Shown: piece after piece, positions 13,176-27,159 of the stretch
How the letters are laid out: each line of letters opens with the position of its first letter
Position numbering within the stretch: position 1 is the first letter of the stretch
From: Octopus sinensis
Taxonomy: Eukaryota
Reading direction: 5' to 3'
DNA length: 64,000 bases
Assembly (NCBI RefSeq): GCF_006345805.1
Contig: NC_042997.1
Location: 131,688,001 to 131,752,000, forward strand
Position numbers and translations under genes: made by a program
Notes under the pieces: generated by a model
Told to the model about the DNA's origin: nothing
Database searches by the model: none
The model's input: only the letters and a program-made list of their open reading frames with translations

Positions 13176-13639
13176 TAAGGTTTTGAGGTAAAGTATGGCT
13201 AGTAACTTCTGGCCCCTTTTTGTATTTTCTCAATCTTCTGAAATCTACAAAAGTTGATAGAATGAATGCAGTGCCTGTGTTTTTTTTCCTAGTTTTCTTG
13301 GTTTGAACTAAAATCCTGTTACCAATATTTTCCTCTTTCATTCTCTTGGATGAAAAAAATAAGTACCACTAACATACCATGATTTATTCACTTCAGTACT
13401 CAACACTCCTTTGTGAAAGTTTGGTTTGGTGCATCATCAAAAGAAATCAATATTCTTTATGGAATGGTTATTTTTATAATATAGTATACAATAATATATT
13501 TTCACCTTTATAAGAGAAATATTTGCCATAGTTTTTTTACTATACTTCTGGCAAATTTTATATAAATAAATATTAAATTTCCTATTAACAAACATACAGT
13601 GAGGCGCCTTTTCTAAATTATTGTTCATTATTATTATTA

Positions 13640-13673
<34 letters not shown>

Positions 13674-14957
13674 ATTATTATAATAATAACTGGGGTGCTT
13701 GGTAATATCATGAGTTTTGAAAAAAATGTCTTGTAGCCATTTATTCTAGCTCTTTATGTTCTGGATTCAAATCCTGCTGAAGTCAGTTTTGCTTTTTCAT
13801 TCTCTGGGGATCAGTAAAGTACCATGGATAAAATTGCCTTGCTGTATTAAGTCATGGTTCTTTACATCCTGAGTTCAAATCCTACCAATATTCACTTCGT
13901 CTTTCATTCCTTCAGCTCAATAAAATAAAATATCAATAAAGAACTAATGGTTCTCAACTGGGGATCTCATGACCCTTGGGGGTCTGTGTAAGGGTTTGCT
14001 GTTAGGACTTATGTGCAATAAATTGGTTATGCTTCTATAATGCACAAAATACTTTAACAATTTTTTAATACAATTCCAGATAATATTTAGGCACCTGTGC
14101 CCGAGGCACTTAAAAACTACTGTTTGAGCTTTGGGTGACCGAGACCTTTCGTGATATACCATGCTTGGGAAGGCCAGTCAAGCCAGGTGAGATCATAGTC
14201 ATAACTGATGCCAGTGTCACATCAATGGTATGTAAAAAGCACCCACTACACTCTCAGTGTGGTTGGCGTTAGGAAGGGCATCCAGCCATAGAAACTGTGC
14301 TAAATCAGACTAGAATCTGGTACAGCCTTTCAGCTTGCCAGCCCTGGTCAAACTGTCCAACCCATGCTAGCATGGACAATAGACATTAAATTATGATGAT
14401 GATGATGAAAGAATGTTATAAAACAATTATTGTTAGGAGTGGCTGTGTGGTAAGTAGCTTGCTTATGAACCACATGGTTCCAGGTTCAGTCCCACTGCAT
14501 GGTACCTTGGGCAAGTGTCTTCTACTATAGCCCCGGGCTGACTAAAGCCTTGTGAGTGGATTTGGTAGACGGAAACTGAAAGAAGCCTGTCGTATATATG
14601 TGTGTGTGTGTATGTTTGTGTGTGTGTATATGTTTGTGTGTCTGTGTTTGTTCCCTCAACATCGCTTGACAACCGATGCTGGTGTGTTTACGTCCCCATA
14701 ACTTAGTGGTTTGGCAAAAGAGACTGACAGAATAAGTACTAGGCTTGCAAAGAATAAGTCCTTCAAATTTGGTGAAGGGATTCAATCAATTGCATCAACC
14801 CCAGTGTTTTACTGGTACTTATATCATTAACCTCAAAAGGATGAATGACAAAACTGACCTTGGCAGAATTTGAACTCAGAACGTAGCAGCAGATGAAATA
14901 CCACTAAGCATTTTGCCCAGTGTGCTAACGATTCTGTCAGCTTGCCGTCTTGATAAT

Positions 14958-14990
<33 letters not shown>

Positions 14991-16559
14991 TTCTACTAAA
15001 GGCACAAGGCCTGAAAATTTTGGGGAGGGAACTAGTTGGTTATATCAAGCCCAGTGTTTCACTGGTACTTAATTTATCAATCCTGAAAGGATGAAAGGCA
15101 AAGTTGACCTCAGTGGAATTTGAACTCAGAACATAACGGCAGATGAAATACTTCTAAGCATTTTGTCTGGTATGCTAATGATTCTACCAGCTTGCTGCTT
15201 TAATAATAATAATGATAATAAGAATAATAATGATAATAATAACAAAATAAATTTTTCTTCTTGAGCCATGCCAGGCTCATAAGGGCCAGTTTCCCAGTTT
15301 CACTGGCGTAGAAATTCTCCACCTGGACAGGATGCCGGTCTGTCGCAAGATTACTCATTTTTGCCAGCTGAGTGAACTGGAGCAATGTGAAATGAAGTGT
15401 TTTGCTCAAGAACACAATGCATCGCCCAGTCCAGGAATCGAAACCACAACCTTATGATCATGAGTTCAACACCCTAACCACTAAGCCACGTGCCTCCAAT
15501 AATAATAATTTATTATTATTATTATGTGGCAGCAAGCTGGCAGAGCCATTTAGGTTGGACTTAATGCTTTGCAGCATTTGTTCTGAATCTTCACATTCTG
15601 ATTTGAAACCCTACCAAGGTCAACTTTGCCTTTTTTTACCAGTGTTGATAAAATACTTGTCAAGCTCTTCTAGGGGTCAGTGTTATTGACAGGTTCCCCT
15701 CTTCTGTCAAGATTACTAGCATTGTGCTGAAGTCAGAAGCTATTATTACCAGTTCAGTTCCTGCCAAGGTCAACCTTGCCTTTCTTTTCTACAAAGTCGA
15801 CTGAATACTGGGGTCAAAAGTATTGACTAAACCTCTCCCCTCAAAATTATTGGCCTTGTTCCCCACTGAATCAGAAACAATTACTGTTGAAGTAATGATG
15901 ATGGCGTTGTATCTCTGAAAGCTGGGTCCTTGGATAAGATTGCAATAAATTTCCTGGCAGTAATATCAATTAATTCCTTCCGGCTCTTCATTTATGAGCA
16001 GTTAAACCTGAAAGGGTTAACACAGGGATAATTTTCTTCTTTCTTTCATTCTTTCTTTCTTTTTGTAAAAATCTCAAGGAGGCATTACTTGTGAGAGGTG
16101 TGAATAGCCTCAACCAACTGACTTTTGATGGAGGGTGGGAAAGAAAGGGTTTTTTTCCCCCCTTTCTTTTGATGAAGCCCATTTATCATACTTGCATCAA
16201 ATGGTCAATTAGTTTTAGAAATTGCCCCCAAACAAATATCTCCTCAATGAGTGATTAATGCTTGTTTGGCAGTTCTTTTGATTAGCTGTTATTTTTATTT
16301 ATTATTATTATTATTTTTCTTCATTTAAAAGATATTTCGTCTTCAAATGTCAATTTAATTTTGTTTTATGATTTCTGTTCATTTTACGATAGATTTTTAT
16401 GCCTTTTATTGATTCCTCTTTTCTCCTTTTTTTTTTAACTATTCATTTGTCAAAGTAAAAAAAAAAAAAAATTAGTTTTTTTAAGTTTCTTTGCTGTTAT
16501 AACTTCTTTTTTAGTATTGATCAGTTATTAATAATAATAATAATGATGATGATGATGTC

Positions 16560-16573
16560 GTCAGTATTTCTGA

Positions 16574-16607
<34 letters not shown>

Positions 16608-16742
16608 TCAGTATTTCTGAATTAATAATAATAATAATAATAATAATGTCAGTATTTCTGAATTAATAATAATAATAATAATAATAATAATGTCAGTATT
16701 TCTGAATAATAATAATAATAATAATAATGTCAGTATTTCTGA

Positions 16743-16779
<37 letters not shown>

Positions 16780-16805
16780 TCAGTATTTCTGAATTAATAA
16801 TAATA
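16560..16805. repeat. Compound repeat: six copies of gtcagtatttctgaat(t) separated by variable (AAT)n
   Basis: Copies at 16560, 16607, 16648, 16692, 16729 and 16779. Confidence 0.95.
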
Positions 16806-17239
16806 ACAATGATAAAAATTGCTTTTATGCACCATGAGGGTTCAAGAAGTTGGAATTTAGTACAAAGGAAAAATAAATCCAATGGAAAACCATAAAAAGA
16901 CAGTGGAGAGTTCACATCAAGTAAAAGGGCAAGATCGACATTAGTAATAAAGGGACATTAATAAATGACATTAACAAGAAGAAAGAACCCCTTAAATGGT
17001 GGGTTTAATCATTTAGAGTAGTTTGGAGAAAGCTACATAAAACCCCAGTTTACCGTGACACACTATGAGCAAGTACCTTCCTCCAGTTGTTGTTGCCAAC
17101 TTTCAACCACATTGTTAGTCTCTCATAAAATTTACTGGAGAGAAGCATCATCCGCTCTATTCTCAGCTTGCTCTGAAGAAGTTGATGGGTACATGACCTG
17201 AGAGGAAAGCCTTGCCTTCAAGCCTTGCTGTCCTCATCT

Positions 17240-17657
17240 AATTTCTTTATTGCCCACAAGGAGCTAAACATAGAGGGGACAAACAAGGACAGACAAAGGG
17301 GTCAAGTCGACTACATCAATCCCAGTGCATAACTGGTACTTAATTTATCGACACCGAAAGGATGAAAGGCAAAGTCGACCTCGGCGGAATTTGAACTCAG
17401 AACGTAACGGCAGATGAAATACCTATTTCTTTACTACCCACAGGGGGCTAAACACAGAGAGAACAAACAAGGACAGAGAAACGGATTAAGTCGATTATAT
17501 CGACCCCAGTGCGTAACTGGTACTTAATTTATCGACCCCGAAAGGATGAAAGGCAAAGTTGACCTCGGCGGAATTTGAACTCAGAACGTAATGGCAGACA
17601 AAATACGGCTACGCATTTCACCTGGCATGCTAACGTTTCTGCCAGCTCACCGCCTTA
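17240..17657 (-). mobile_element. Head-to-tail dimer of SINE family B
   Basis: Two central domains joined at gatgaaatacc|tatttcttt (~17420). Confidence 0.88.
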
Positions 17658-18539
17658 AGCTTTGCCTTCAAAGCCTTGCCTTCAAGCCTTGCCGTCCACA
17701 TCTGTCACACAACTTCCTTTGCTGTGGCTATCAGGAAAGGGAAGTTTGCTTTTCTTTTCCAGTATACTTGACTTAATAGCCGAATGTTCTGTGTGTGATA
17801 ATGGCTGTTCAACATAAACACATAAATCAGTTATGTGCTGCACAGACACCAACAACTACAACACTAAATGAATATATACTGGATGGCTTCAACACCCTCT
17901 GCACACTTCTAACAAGTTCACTTACTGTCTGCTCCAACACTCCTGTTCCTCAAGAGTTTATTCAGAGCAAGCAATGCTTTCCAAGAGCACTGCTAGATGA
18001 AAGGTTTTTGAAAAATTTACATATTTCCACATCTAATAGTTCTCCAGAACAAACTACTTAGATTGTACATGTCATCACCAAGAATTGTTTCCAGGTCATT
18101 ACAAGACCTCTGCACTATGAAGGTATGAAAGTTATATATACCTCTAGATCTAAATTACTTGCAGTTTAGAGTTTAATTTATCTTAATCACACACCATGTG
18201 TAATGTGTTTAGCAGATATAGTTCAAATTAAAAAAAAAAATCAAAAATTCAGATATATATATGAAACTTATCCCCGTATACCAGTGATAGCAAACATTTG
18301 ACATGTATATCTACAGTGACAGTGATATGCCGCAGATTTTTAGGTGACAAGCAATGGACTTTAACAAATATCTTGCCATGTCATGTCATAAAAAGCTTAT
18401 CCATAAGCATTCATATAAAACCAAAATATATGTATACATGTAAAAGACACTCCAACAACAAAATTATTGAAGAAATTTTAATTTTGACAAACTAGGTCAA
18501 AATGATTTGTTTGTGAAACTGCAGAGAAAGCCACCAAAT

Positions 18540-18904
18540 GGCAGTAGATTAAGAGAGATAATCTGTGGACTGCCATCTTTCGGTACAAGTACCATAACTG
18601 CCATGTGTGTTTGGCAGTAGATTAAGAGAGATAATCTGTGGACAACCATCTTTCGGTACAAGTACCATAACTGCCATGTGTGTTTGGCAGTAGATTAAGA
18701 GAGATAATCTGTGGACAGCCATCTTTCGGTACAAGTACCATAACTGCCATGTGTGTTTGGCAGTAGATTAAGAGAGATAATCTGTGGACAACCATCTTTC
18801 GGTACAAGTACCATAACTGCCATGTGTGTTTGGCAGTAGATTAAGAGAGATAATCTGTGGACAGCCATCTTTCGGTACAAGTACCATAACTGCCATGTGT
18901 GTTT
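18540..18904. repeat. Tandem repeat, 5 x 73 bp
   Basis: Units start at 18540, 18613, 18686, 18759 and 18832; identical except for one dinucleotide. Confidence 0.95.
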
Positions 18905-19079
18905 GTTTACATTTGAAGAAGAAGATCGTCACACTCCGTAAAGTTTTTTTTTTATATATGGGAGGTTAGGGTTTGTGTTAGGGTTAGGGGTGGAGAAAAG
19001 GGTTTCTTTTTTCTTCAGAAATGTAAACAAACCCACATGGGTTTATAATTGGCTGTTATGGTACTTGTACTGTAAGATC
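18866..19079. mobile_element. MITE with long TIRs and internal TTAGGG-like motif
   Basis: atctttcggtacaagtaccataactgcc ... ggctgttatggtacttgtactgtaagatc. Confidence 0.7.
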
Positions 19080-21600
19080 ACCCCTGTGGACTGTTACTGC
19101 TGAGATGCAAGTCAGGGTGTGATCTACTTCAGCTGGGTTACCTGGGCAAAAGTATCTGGTGTTGAAAGACCTTAAAACCTGATGATCTCAGAACACATTG
19201 CTGATGATGTCTCAGATCATTCACATGAGTTTTGCCCACATATAGCCACAGGCATGACTATGTGGCTAAGAAGCTTACTTTCTAACCATGTGGTTTTGGA
19301 TTCTGTCCCATTGTGTGGTACCTTAGGCTTGTGTCTTTTACTGTACACCTGGGCCAACCAATGTTTTGTGTATAAATTTGGAAACTGTGTGGAAGCTCAT
19401 CGTGTGTGTCTGTTTCTGTGTTTACTCCCCCTCTCTCTTTACTTGGTAACTGTTCTTGGTTTGTTTATGTTACTATAACTTAGTGATTCATTAAAAGAAT
19501 AGAATATGTACTAGGCAAAGGCAGCGAGCTGGCAGAAACGTTAGCACGCCAGGCAAAATGCCTAGTGGTATTTTGTCTGCCATTACGTTCTGAATTCAAA
19601 TTCCACCAAGGTCGACCTTGCTTTTCATCCTTTTGGGGCCGATAAATAAATACCAGTTATGCACTGGGGTCGATGTAATCGACTTAATCTGTTTGTCTGT
19701 CCTTGTTTGTTCCCTCTGTGTGTAGCCCCTTGTTGGCAGTAAAGAAAAAAGAATACATACCAGACTTCAAAAGTAAGTACAGGGGTTTTGTTAGACTAAA
19801 CCCTTCAATGCGGAACTCCAGCATGTCCGCAATCCAATGACTGAAACATGTAAACGATAAGAGCTGTATGGAACAGTGCTACAGCAGCTGATGTTACTCT
19901 CTCAAGTGTCTTAAAAACTACATCTAAATGGAGACCATCTGACTGATTGATAAAGTTTCCTTCATCAACACATTCGCACTGGGGTTGATGTAATTGACTT
20001 AATCCCTTTGTCTATCCTTGTTTGTCCCCTCTGTATTTAGCCCCTTGTAGGCAATAAAGACATAAGTATTGTAATGGCTTCTGATTCAGTGAACTACTCA
20101 ACAGTATACTCTCCCCAGCCAGGGCCAACTGTTTGGGATTTGAGCTTGGAATTGATAGAAACATAAGTAAATGCTACAAGACATTTAGTTTGATACAATA
20201 AATTGCATATTTATTCTTAATCTGTTTGCCGAGGTTATAAACCAGAGCCATGACCTTGTTATGTTCCTTAGTTCAAGGAGTCTTTGGCTGACGAGACATA
20301 ATACTGTTGAAACACTACATGTCCTACAGTCCTGTTATGGTAATTAATTGTGTTATTAATATGCATTCATCTCGAAGGAGAAATTATTCTCCTATGATAA
20401 AACAACAACAATTAACATATTCATGCTTGAATCAACCAGAACATATTAAGTCATTGTTTTGATTCTTGCTTTTCACCATTCGTATGATGATCTATTTAGT
20501 TTGACTTTTTTACTTATTTGTTCAACACACTCCCATTTCTACTTCTTCATTTACTATTATTGTAAATATTTCGTTTTTGGATTTGGTTTGCAAGATTCTT
20601 TACACACACTGACTCTCACATGTGCGCACAAACAAACAAAAAGGAATGCAGTGTAAATAACGGACAGAGTCAAGACTATTGAAAAGGTTGCAAGATGCAA
20701 CGAAAATTTTAGGAAAATAAAAATAAGAAATAAGTGGAAATTTTACCGGTGAGTGTGTTAAATTATAAGGCACAAAAAGAAAATGACTCCCCGGACACAA
20801 CAGAATATTATTGTAAATATTATTATCGTAATTATTATTCCACTGACGATGACTTTACTTTCATCCTTTTGGGGTCAATAAATTAAGTACCAGTTGTGTG
20901 CTGGGGTCGATCTAATCGACTGGCACCCTCCCTCCAAATTTCAGGCCTTGTGGCTATAGTAGAAAGGATTTTTATTATAATTATTATTATTAAGGTGGCG
21001 AGCTGGCGGAAACGTTAGCATGTAGGACAAAATGCTTAGACCGTTTCATCCACCTGTATTTTCTGAGTTCAAATTCTACCAAGTTTGGCTTTACTTTTCA
21101 TCCTCTTTACGGAGTTGATGAAATAAGTACCAGCTGTGTACTGGGTAGGCATAGGTACCTGTTACATGGTGCTAGTTTGGATGCTTTTTACATGGTGCCA
21201 GCAGAGGTACTCTTTACGTGGAAGATGATGTACCTATTTCAGAAATGGTTGTTCTTGTGTTAGTAGCAGCAACAGTAGTAGTAGTAGTGGTTGTAGTGGT
21301 GATGGTAATGGTAGTAATAGTGATAGTAATGTTGGTGGTAGTAGTATAGTAGTAGTGGTAGTAGTTATAATTGTGATAACAGTAGTGATGGTTGTAGTAA
21401 CTGTAGTGAAAATAATAGTGGTGGTTGTGGTGGTAGTAGTAGTGGTAGAATTCTGTTGGTCAGACACAAGGTGGTGGTGGTGATAGTAGTAGTAGTAGTT
21501 GCAATGGTAGCAGAAGTAGTATTATTACTGTAGACTAGATGCGAGCTAATTTTATTAGGAAGGTACAACCAAGTGACTCACTGATTTCTCAAACTTTACA

Positions 21601-21633
<33 letters not shown>

Positions 21634-22454
21634 TAGGAGAGTTTCTGCCTCACAGGAGCATTGCTCATTCTATTGTCATATTATATTCAATAAATGTGAC
21701 CATCCCTTTCACTTTGAAAAAAAAAAAATAATAGATGTTTGAAGTCAAGTTGGCATCTATTACAAGTGTAGGATATTCAATGTTCCGCGTAATTGACCGA
21801 TATCGTAATATATCCGAAGAGAAAATAATTCCATCCAATCCCTTGAAGGAAAATAATTAAATTGAAACTCCAAATCTAAGCCGTATCAGTTGCTGCAGAG
21901 AGGAACGGTTAATCATATAAATTAATCTGATCTACCAGTGTTGCAGCCTCTCATTTATTTTGGGTCTTAGAAAGTTATTTCAGGTTCACAAATCACTGTT
22001 CACTGATATGAATATTTTATTTATATATCTTTTATTCTCCACTTGTTTCAGTCATTAGGCTGTGGTCATGCTGGGGCACCACCTTGAGGAATTTTAGTCG
22101 AACTTATCGACTCCAGTGCTTGTTTTCTTTTTAATCCTGGTATTTATTCTATCAGTCTCTTTTGCTGAGCTGCTAAGTTATGAGGACATAAACACATCAA
22201 AACCAGTTGTAAATCAGTGGTGGGGAACAAACACAGACATAAAGATATACAATAGGTGCACATAAATATATACAATAGCCACTCCTATGCCATGTATTGT
22301 CAATATTGATTATACACATACATAAATATTTCATCATCATCATTTTAACATTCATTTTTCCCTGCTTGGATGGATCAAATAAAATTCATTGAACCAAATT
22401 TTCTTCAGTTACCTACGCTTTTAACCAACTCTCACTTGTTTCCAAACAAGATAA

Positions 22455-23310
22455 TATTCTTTTCTACTCTAGGCACAAGGCCTGAAATTTTGGGGGAGGG
22501 CCCCAATCGATTAAATAGACCCCAGTACACAACTGGTACTTAATTTATTGACCCCAAAAGGATGAACGGCGAAGTTGACCTTGGCAGAATTTGAACTCAG
22601 AACATAAAGACAGATGAAATACCTATTTCTTTTACTACCCACAAGGGGCTAAACACAGAGGGACAAAGAAGGACAGACAAACGGATTGATTATATCGACC
22701 TCAGTGCGTAACTGGTACTTATTTAATCGACCCCGAAAGGATGAAAGGCAAAGTCGACCTCGGCGGAATTTGAACTCAGAACGTAGCGGCAGATGAAATA
22801 CCACCAAGCATTTTGTCTGGCGTCCTAATGTTTCTGCCAGCTCACCGCCTTTCCAAACACAATATTCTTTTCTACTCTAGGCACAAGGCCTGAAATTTTT
22901 GGGGAGGGGCCATCCAATTAGATTGACCCCAGTATGCAACTGGTACTTAATTTATCGACCGTGAAAGGACGAAAGGCAAGGTTAACCATGACGGAATTTG
23001 AACTCAGAACATAAAGACAGATGAAATACTACGAAGCATTTTGCCTGGTGTGCTAACATTTCTACCAGCTCACCGCCTTTTCAAACAAGATATTCTTTTC
23101 TGCTCTAGGCACAAGGCCCGAAATTTGGGGTGAGGGTGGGGGGCAGTTGATTAGATTGATCCCAGTATGCAATTGGTACTTAATTTATCGACCCCAAAAG
23201 GATGAAAGTCAAAGTTGACCTCGGCGGAATTTGAACTCAAATGTAAAGACAGATGAAATACTGCTAAGCATCTCACCTGGCGTACTAACATTTCTGCCAG
23301 CTCGCCACCT
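22455..23310 (-). mobile_element. Stack of four family B SINE units
   Basis: Four central domains; three of the boundaries and both ends carry ttccaaacaagat(aat)att-like spacers. Confidence 0.88.
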
Positions 23311-24009
23311 TTCCAAGCAAGATGATATTGCATCATGGCTGGACATGTTTTCACAGAAGATTGGAAAGGAAAGAATCTCTATGATGTTGAAATTTATTTA
23401 TAACTATCTTGTGACGTCAAGACAGGGAGACACAAATACATCTGAGATACATAGAAACTACTTTTGGACTCCTTTAAACACGACTTTTTTAGAACCTACT
23501 CACACAAATACAGGTATGTCAAATACTATACAACAAAAATTCTTGATTTACTAAAAACATCTCTACCTGTGGAGGATGTATTATAATTTACCAATGGCAA
23601 TTGAAGACCAGCTTCACTTCAGAAGGGAAGATAATCTCAATATTCAAAAATGCTCCAAAACTGAAATGCTACTGAGGAAAAGGACAGACTTATTGTCTGG
23701 TAATGAACTACATCTAAATGCTGTTTATCTCCAGACACATGTTCCTGGCTTAGTAGCCTTTGTCAGCATGACAGTGTCCTACTTTGAGAATTCTTGAATC
23801 TTCAGATTCTCTCCTCTTTTCAAGTGGACCTGGTCATAATTGCCACTTGGTAATTATGCTGCATCATCTAGAGGCAGAATCATTTTAATGGCTCAAGAAT
23901 GCATGTTATATGTATTTGACATACCAGTATTTGTCTCTGTTATTTAAATACATCCAAATATCCACTCTGAGTTGTTTCTCTTGCTTCATTTTTGTTTATT
24001 AAGATATAG

Positions 24010-24435
24010 GCTTAGGAGTGGCTGCGTGGTAAGTAGCTTGCATACTAACCACATGGTTCCAGGTGCAGTCCCACTGCGTGGCATCTTGGGCAAGTGTCTT
24101 CTACTATAGCCTCAGGCCGACCAAAGCCTTGTGAGTGGATTTTGTAGACAGAAACTGAAAGAAGTCTGTCGTATATATGTATGTATATATATGTATGTAT
24201 GTATGTATGCATGTATGTGTGTGTCTATATGTTAGTGTGTCTGTGTTTGTCCTCCCCCAACATCGCTTGACAACCGATGGTGGTATGTTTACGTCCCCGT
24301 AACTTAGCGGTTCGGCAAAAGAGACCAATAGAATAAGTACTAGGCTTACAAAAAATAAGTCCTGTGGTCGATTTGCTCACTAAAGGTGATGCTTCAGCAT
24401 GGTTGCAGTCAAATGACCGAAACAAGTAAAAGAGT
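24010..24435 (+). mobile_element. SINE family A, full-length copy
   Basis: Colinear with 62717-63092. Confidence 0.9.
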
Positions 24436-24665
24436 ATATACATATATATATATATATAATAATATAGGGTAGAAAAATTATAGAAATGTTTCTACCAGTG
24501 GCCTAGCATGTATAAAAAGTCAATAGACAACATATTTTCCATATATAATTAGTGTACATTTAAACACAAAAAGAGGTGACCCATAACCGGTTGTCTTACA
24601 TGCTAGAAGGAACAATCAAATGTCCAAACCACAGTTAAGAGCAATTTTTTGTGTTTAAATATACA

Positions 24666-24711
<46 letters not shown>

Positions 24712-26984
24712 CATACATATACATATATACTAGAAAATATATATATATATATATATATACATACATATACATATATACTCTGGAGAAAATATACTGTTCA
24801 TGAAAGTGTAGAAATAGTGGTATATTGTTGTTACAAACATACTTCCATGGACAAAGACAAAAACTTTGCTCTTTCTCTGAAAGACTCAGGTGGAAACATC
24901 TGGAAACTCTTCTCCCAATGGTATACTGTTTAAAGTTAAAACATTTAGATACCATTATTCCAATAAATCAATAATTACTATTCAGAAAGACTTAAGTATA
25001 TCAATCACATTTTCTCTTATTTCATGTATTTCTGACATCATTCTCTGCCTCCAACATATCCAGCAACTAAAGAGTTAGATATCTCTGTTTTTATTCAATT
25101 GTTTACTTGCTTACTTCATTGTCTATTCTGGTATCTTTAGAACTAAAGCAGTGGATTAGTAAACTCATTAGTGTGTAAAAAAAAAAAAAAAATCATTTGT
25201 GATAATTTAGTTGTTGCCCTTCATATTTTAAGTTCAAATCATGCTGAGCTCAGCCTTGTCATTCATGTTTCTGGGTTCAATAAAATAAAGCACTAGTCAG
25301 GTACTGCATCTAATATTAAAAACTGTTGTCTTATTAGCATGTGGTAACATTTTCATATGGTAGCTTGGCTAGTTACACAGAATCTGGCTGTTGCCAGAGT
25401 GTGTAGATCTATGGAAACCTATAGGCATTGCTTCCATCCATATAGATGTTTTTTAGGGATCATTATCATCATCACTATTTAATGTCCATGTTCCATACTT
25501 TCAGAGGTCAAATAGTCTGAGTGAATCCAATGTGTTCAAAGACTGCCTTGTGCTCCAGTGTCTGTTTCAGCACAGTTTCTACAGCCAAGTGCCCTTCCTA
25601 ATGCCAACCACTTTACAACATGGACTGGGGACTTTTTTTTGTGTCACCACTGCACTATTGAGGTTGTTATGCAGTTTGCAAAACTACAAACCCTAGGGGA
25701 TGAGTAGCAGGGAGTAGTAAAGATAATGCAGTTTTCAGTGGGAGAACAAAAGAGATCATGGTTGAGTACTCTGCAGGAGCTGGGGTGGGGAGAGGCAAGC
25801 CTAATGTATGGGAGGTAGGAACGAGTCAGTGTGTAATGTGGATGGAGGGCACAATACGTAGTACTTCCAAAACTCAGTTTTGCTATATAATGTAGGCAAT
25901 ATTTTGTCAAAAAAGAAAAGCAAAAAAATAAAACCTGAAATTATAGGAAGTAGAAAATTTGAATTTTTCTTCAATGATTTCTTAACAAAATAGTGACAAA
26001 TTGTATACATAGGAGAAGATTCTTTTTAATATGTTATTTAGATATTAAGCTGTATTTATCATGTTAAGTAATGAACAGGCTACGGATTATATGAAAACAT
26101 ATTAAATCTGTTTGAAAAAATAAAGCAGTCAAAATACTCAAGCACACACACACACATGGTTACCTAGCGACATGGCTTCTTCCAGATATTGATGTTATAA
26201 TAGTAATGCAATATACATTCAACTAGTGATCACATGTAGAGAAGAAATTGCTTTTCATTTTTTATTCTTAAACTTTATTGTAAAAACTGGGTCAGATATT
26301 TCAAACATATAAAAGAAATAGAAAGTAGGTATTCAGTGAAAATAGGCATATATATTGCTGCAAAAATTCCAATTAACAATTACCTTATCTTTCACTATGG
26401 CTTTTTTGGAAATGATTTTCTTTTAGGCATTTATTATTACTTGCAAAAATCAAACTAACTTTACCAACTTAGAACATACAAGCTACTAGTTAAACATCAT
26501 CATCATTTAATGTCTGCTTATTCATGCTTGAATGGGTCAGATGGAATTTATTGAGGCAGATTTTCTGTGGTTGGATGCTCTTCCTGTTACCAACTCTCAA
26601 TTGTTTTGAAGCAAGGTGATATTTTCCCGTAGCTAGACATATTTTTCATGGAAGACTGGAACCAACCTCACTTGTATACTCATTTGTAATACTCATTTAC
26701 AATCATCACGTGATATCAGAACAGAAGTACATGCAAACACACAAATATATCTCCCTCTCTCTCTTTCCATCTACACACACACACATGAAAGGCTTTCAGT
26801 TTTCGTCAACAAAATCCACTCACAAAGCTTTGGTCAGCCTGGAGCTATAGTAGAAGGTATTTTCCCAAGGTGCCACATAGTGGGACTGAAACTAAGACTG
26901 CATAACTGGAATGCTATTCTTAACCTCACAGCCACACTTACACCTGCATCCAAACACTAAACTGAAATCCAGTGCTCATTCCTG

Positions 26985-27048
26985 CATATGCTTTATACGT
27001 ACTTTCTGACAAGTTGTGGTGCACCAGAGCACTGTATACAATAATTTC

Positions 27049-27087
<39 letters not shown>

Positions 27088-27088
27088 G
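26985..27088 (+). mobile_element. Short 3' UTR fragment of the same CR1 family with (ATT)n tail
   Basis: actttctgacaagttgtggtgcacc...tgtatacaataatttcatt matches 12565-12620. Confidence 0.7.
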
Positions 27089-27159
27089 TACTTAGGCTCA
27101 TTATGTATTTAGGGTGCATACTTGATTGTATTTACTTCATGTGACTTAACTCTTGCTAA

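Noticed and set aside
16560-16805. CRISPR-like pattern of a constant repeat with variable spacers
   Set aside because: The spacers are only (AAT)n, there are no cas genes, and the context is eukaryotic.
18540-18904. Regular direct repeats suggesting a CRISPR array; the three 61 aa ORFs
   Set aside because: The units are contiguous and near-identical with no unique spacers. The ORFs simply reflect the periodicity.
18960-19005. Telomeric TTAGGG repeats
   Set aside because: There are only 2-3 imperfect units, and they lie inside a MITE.
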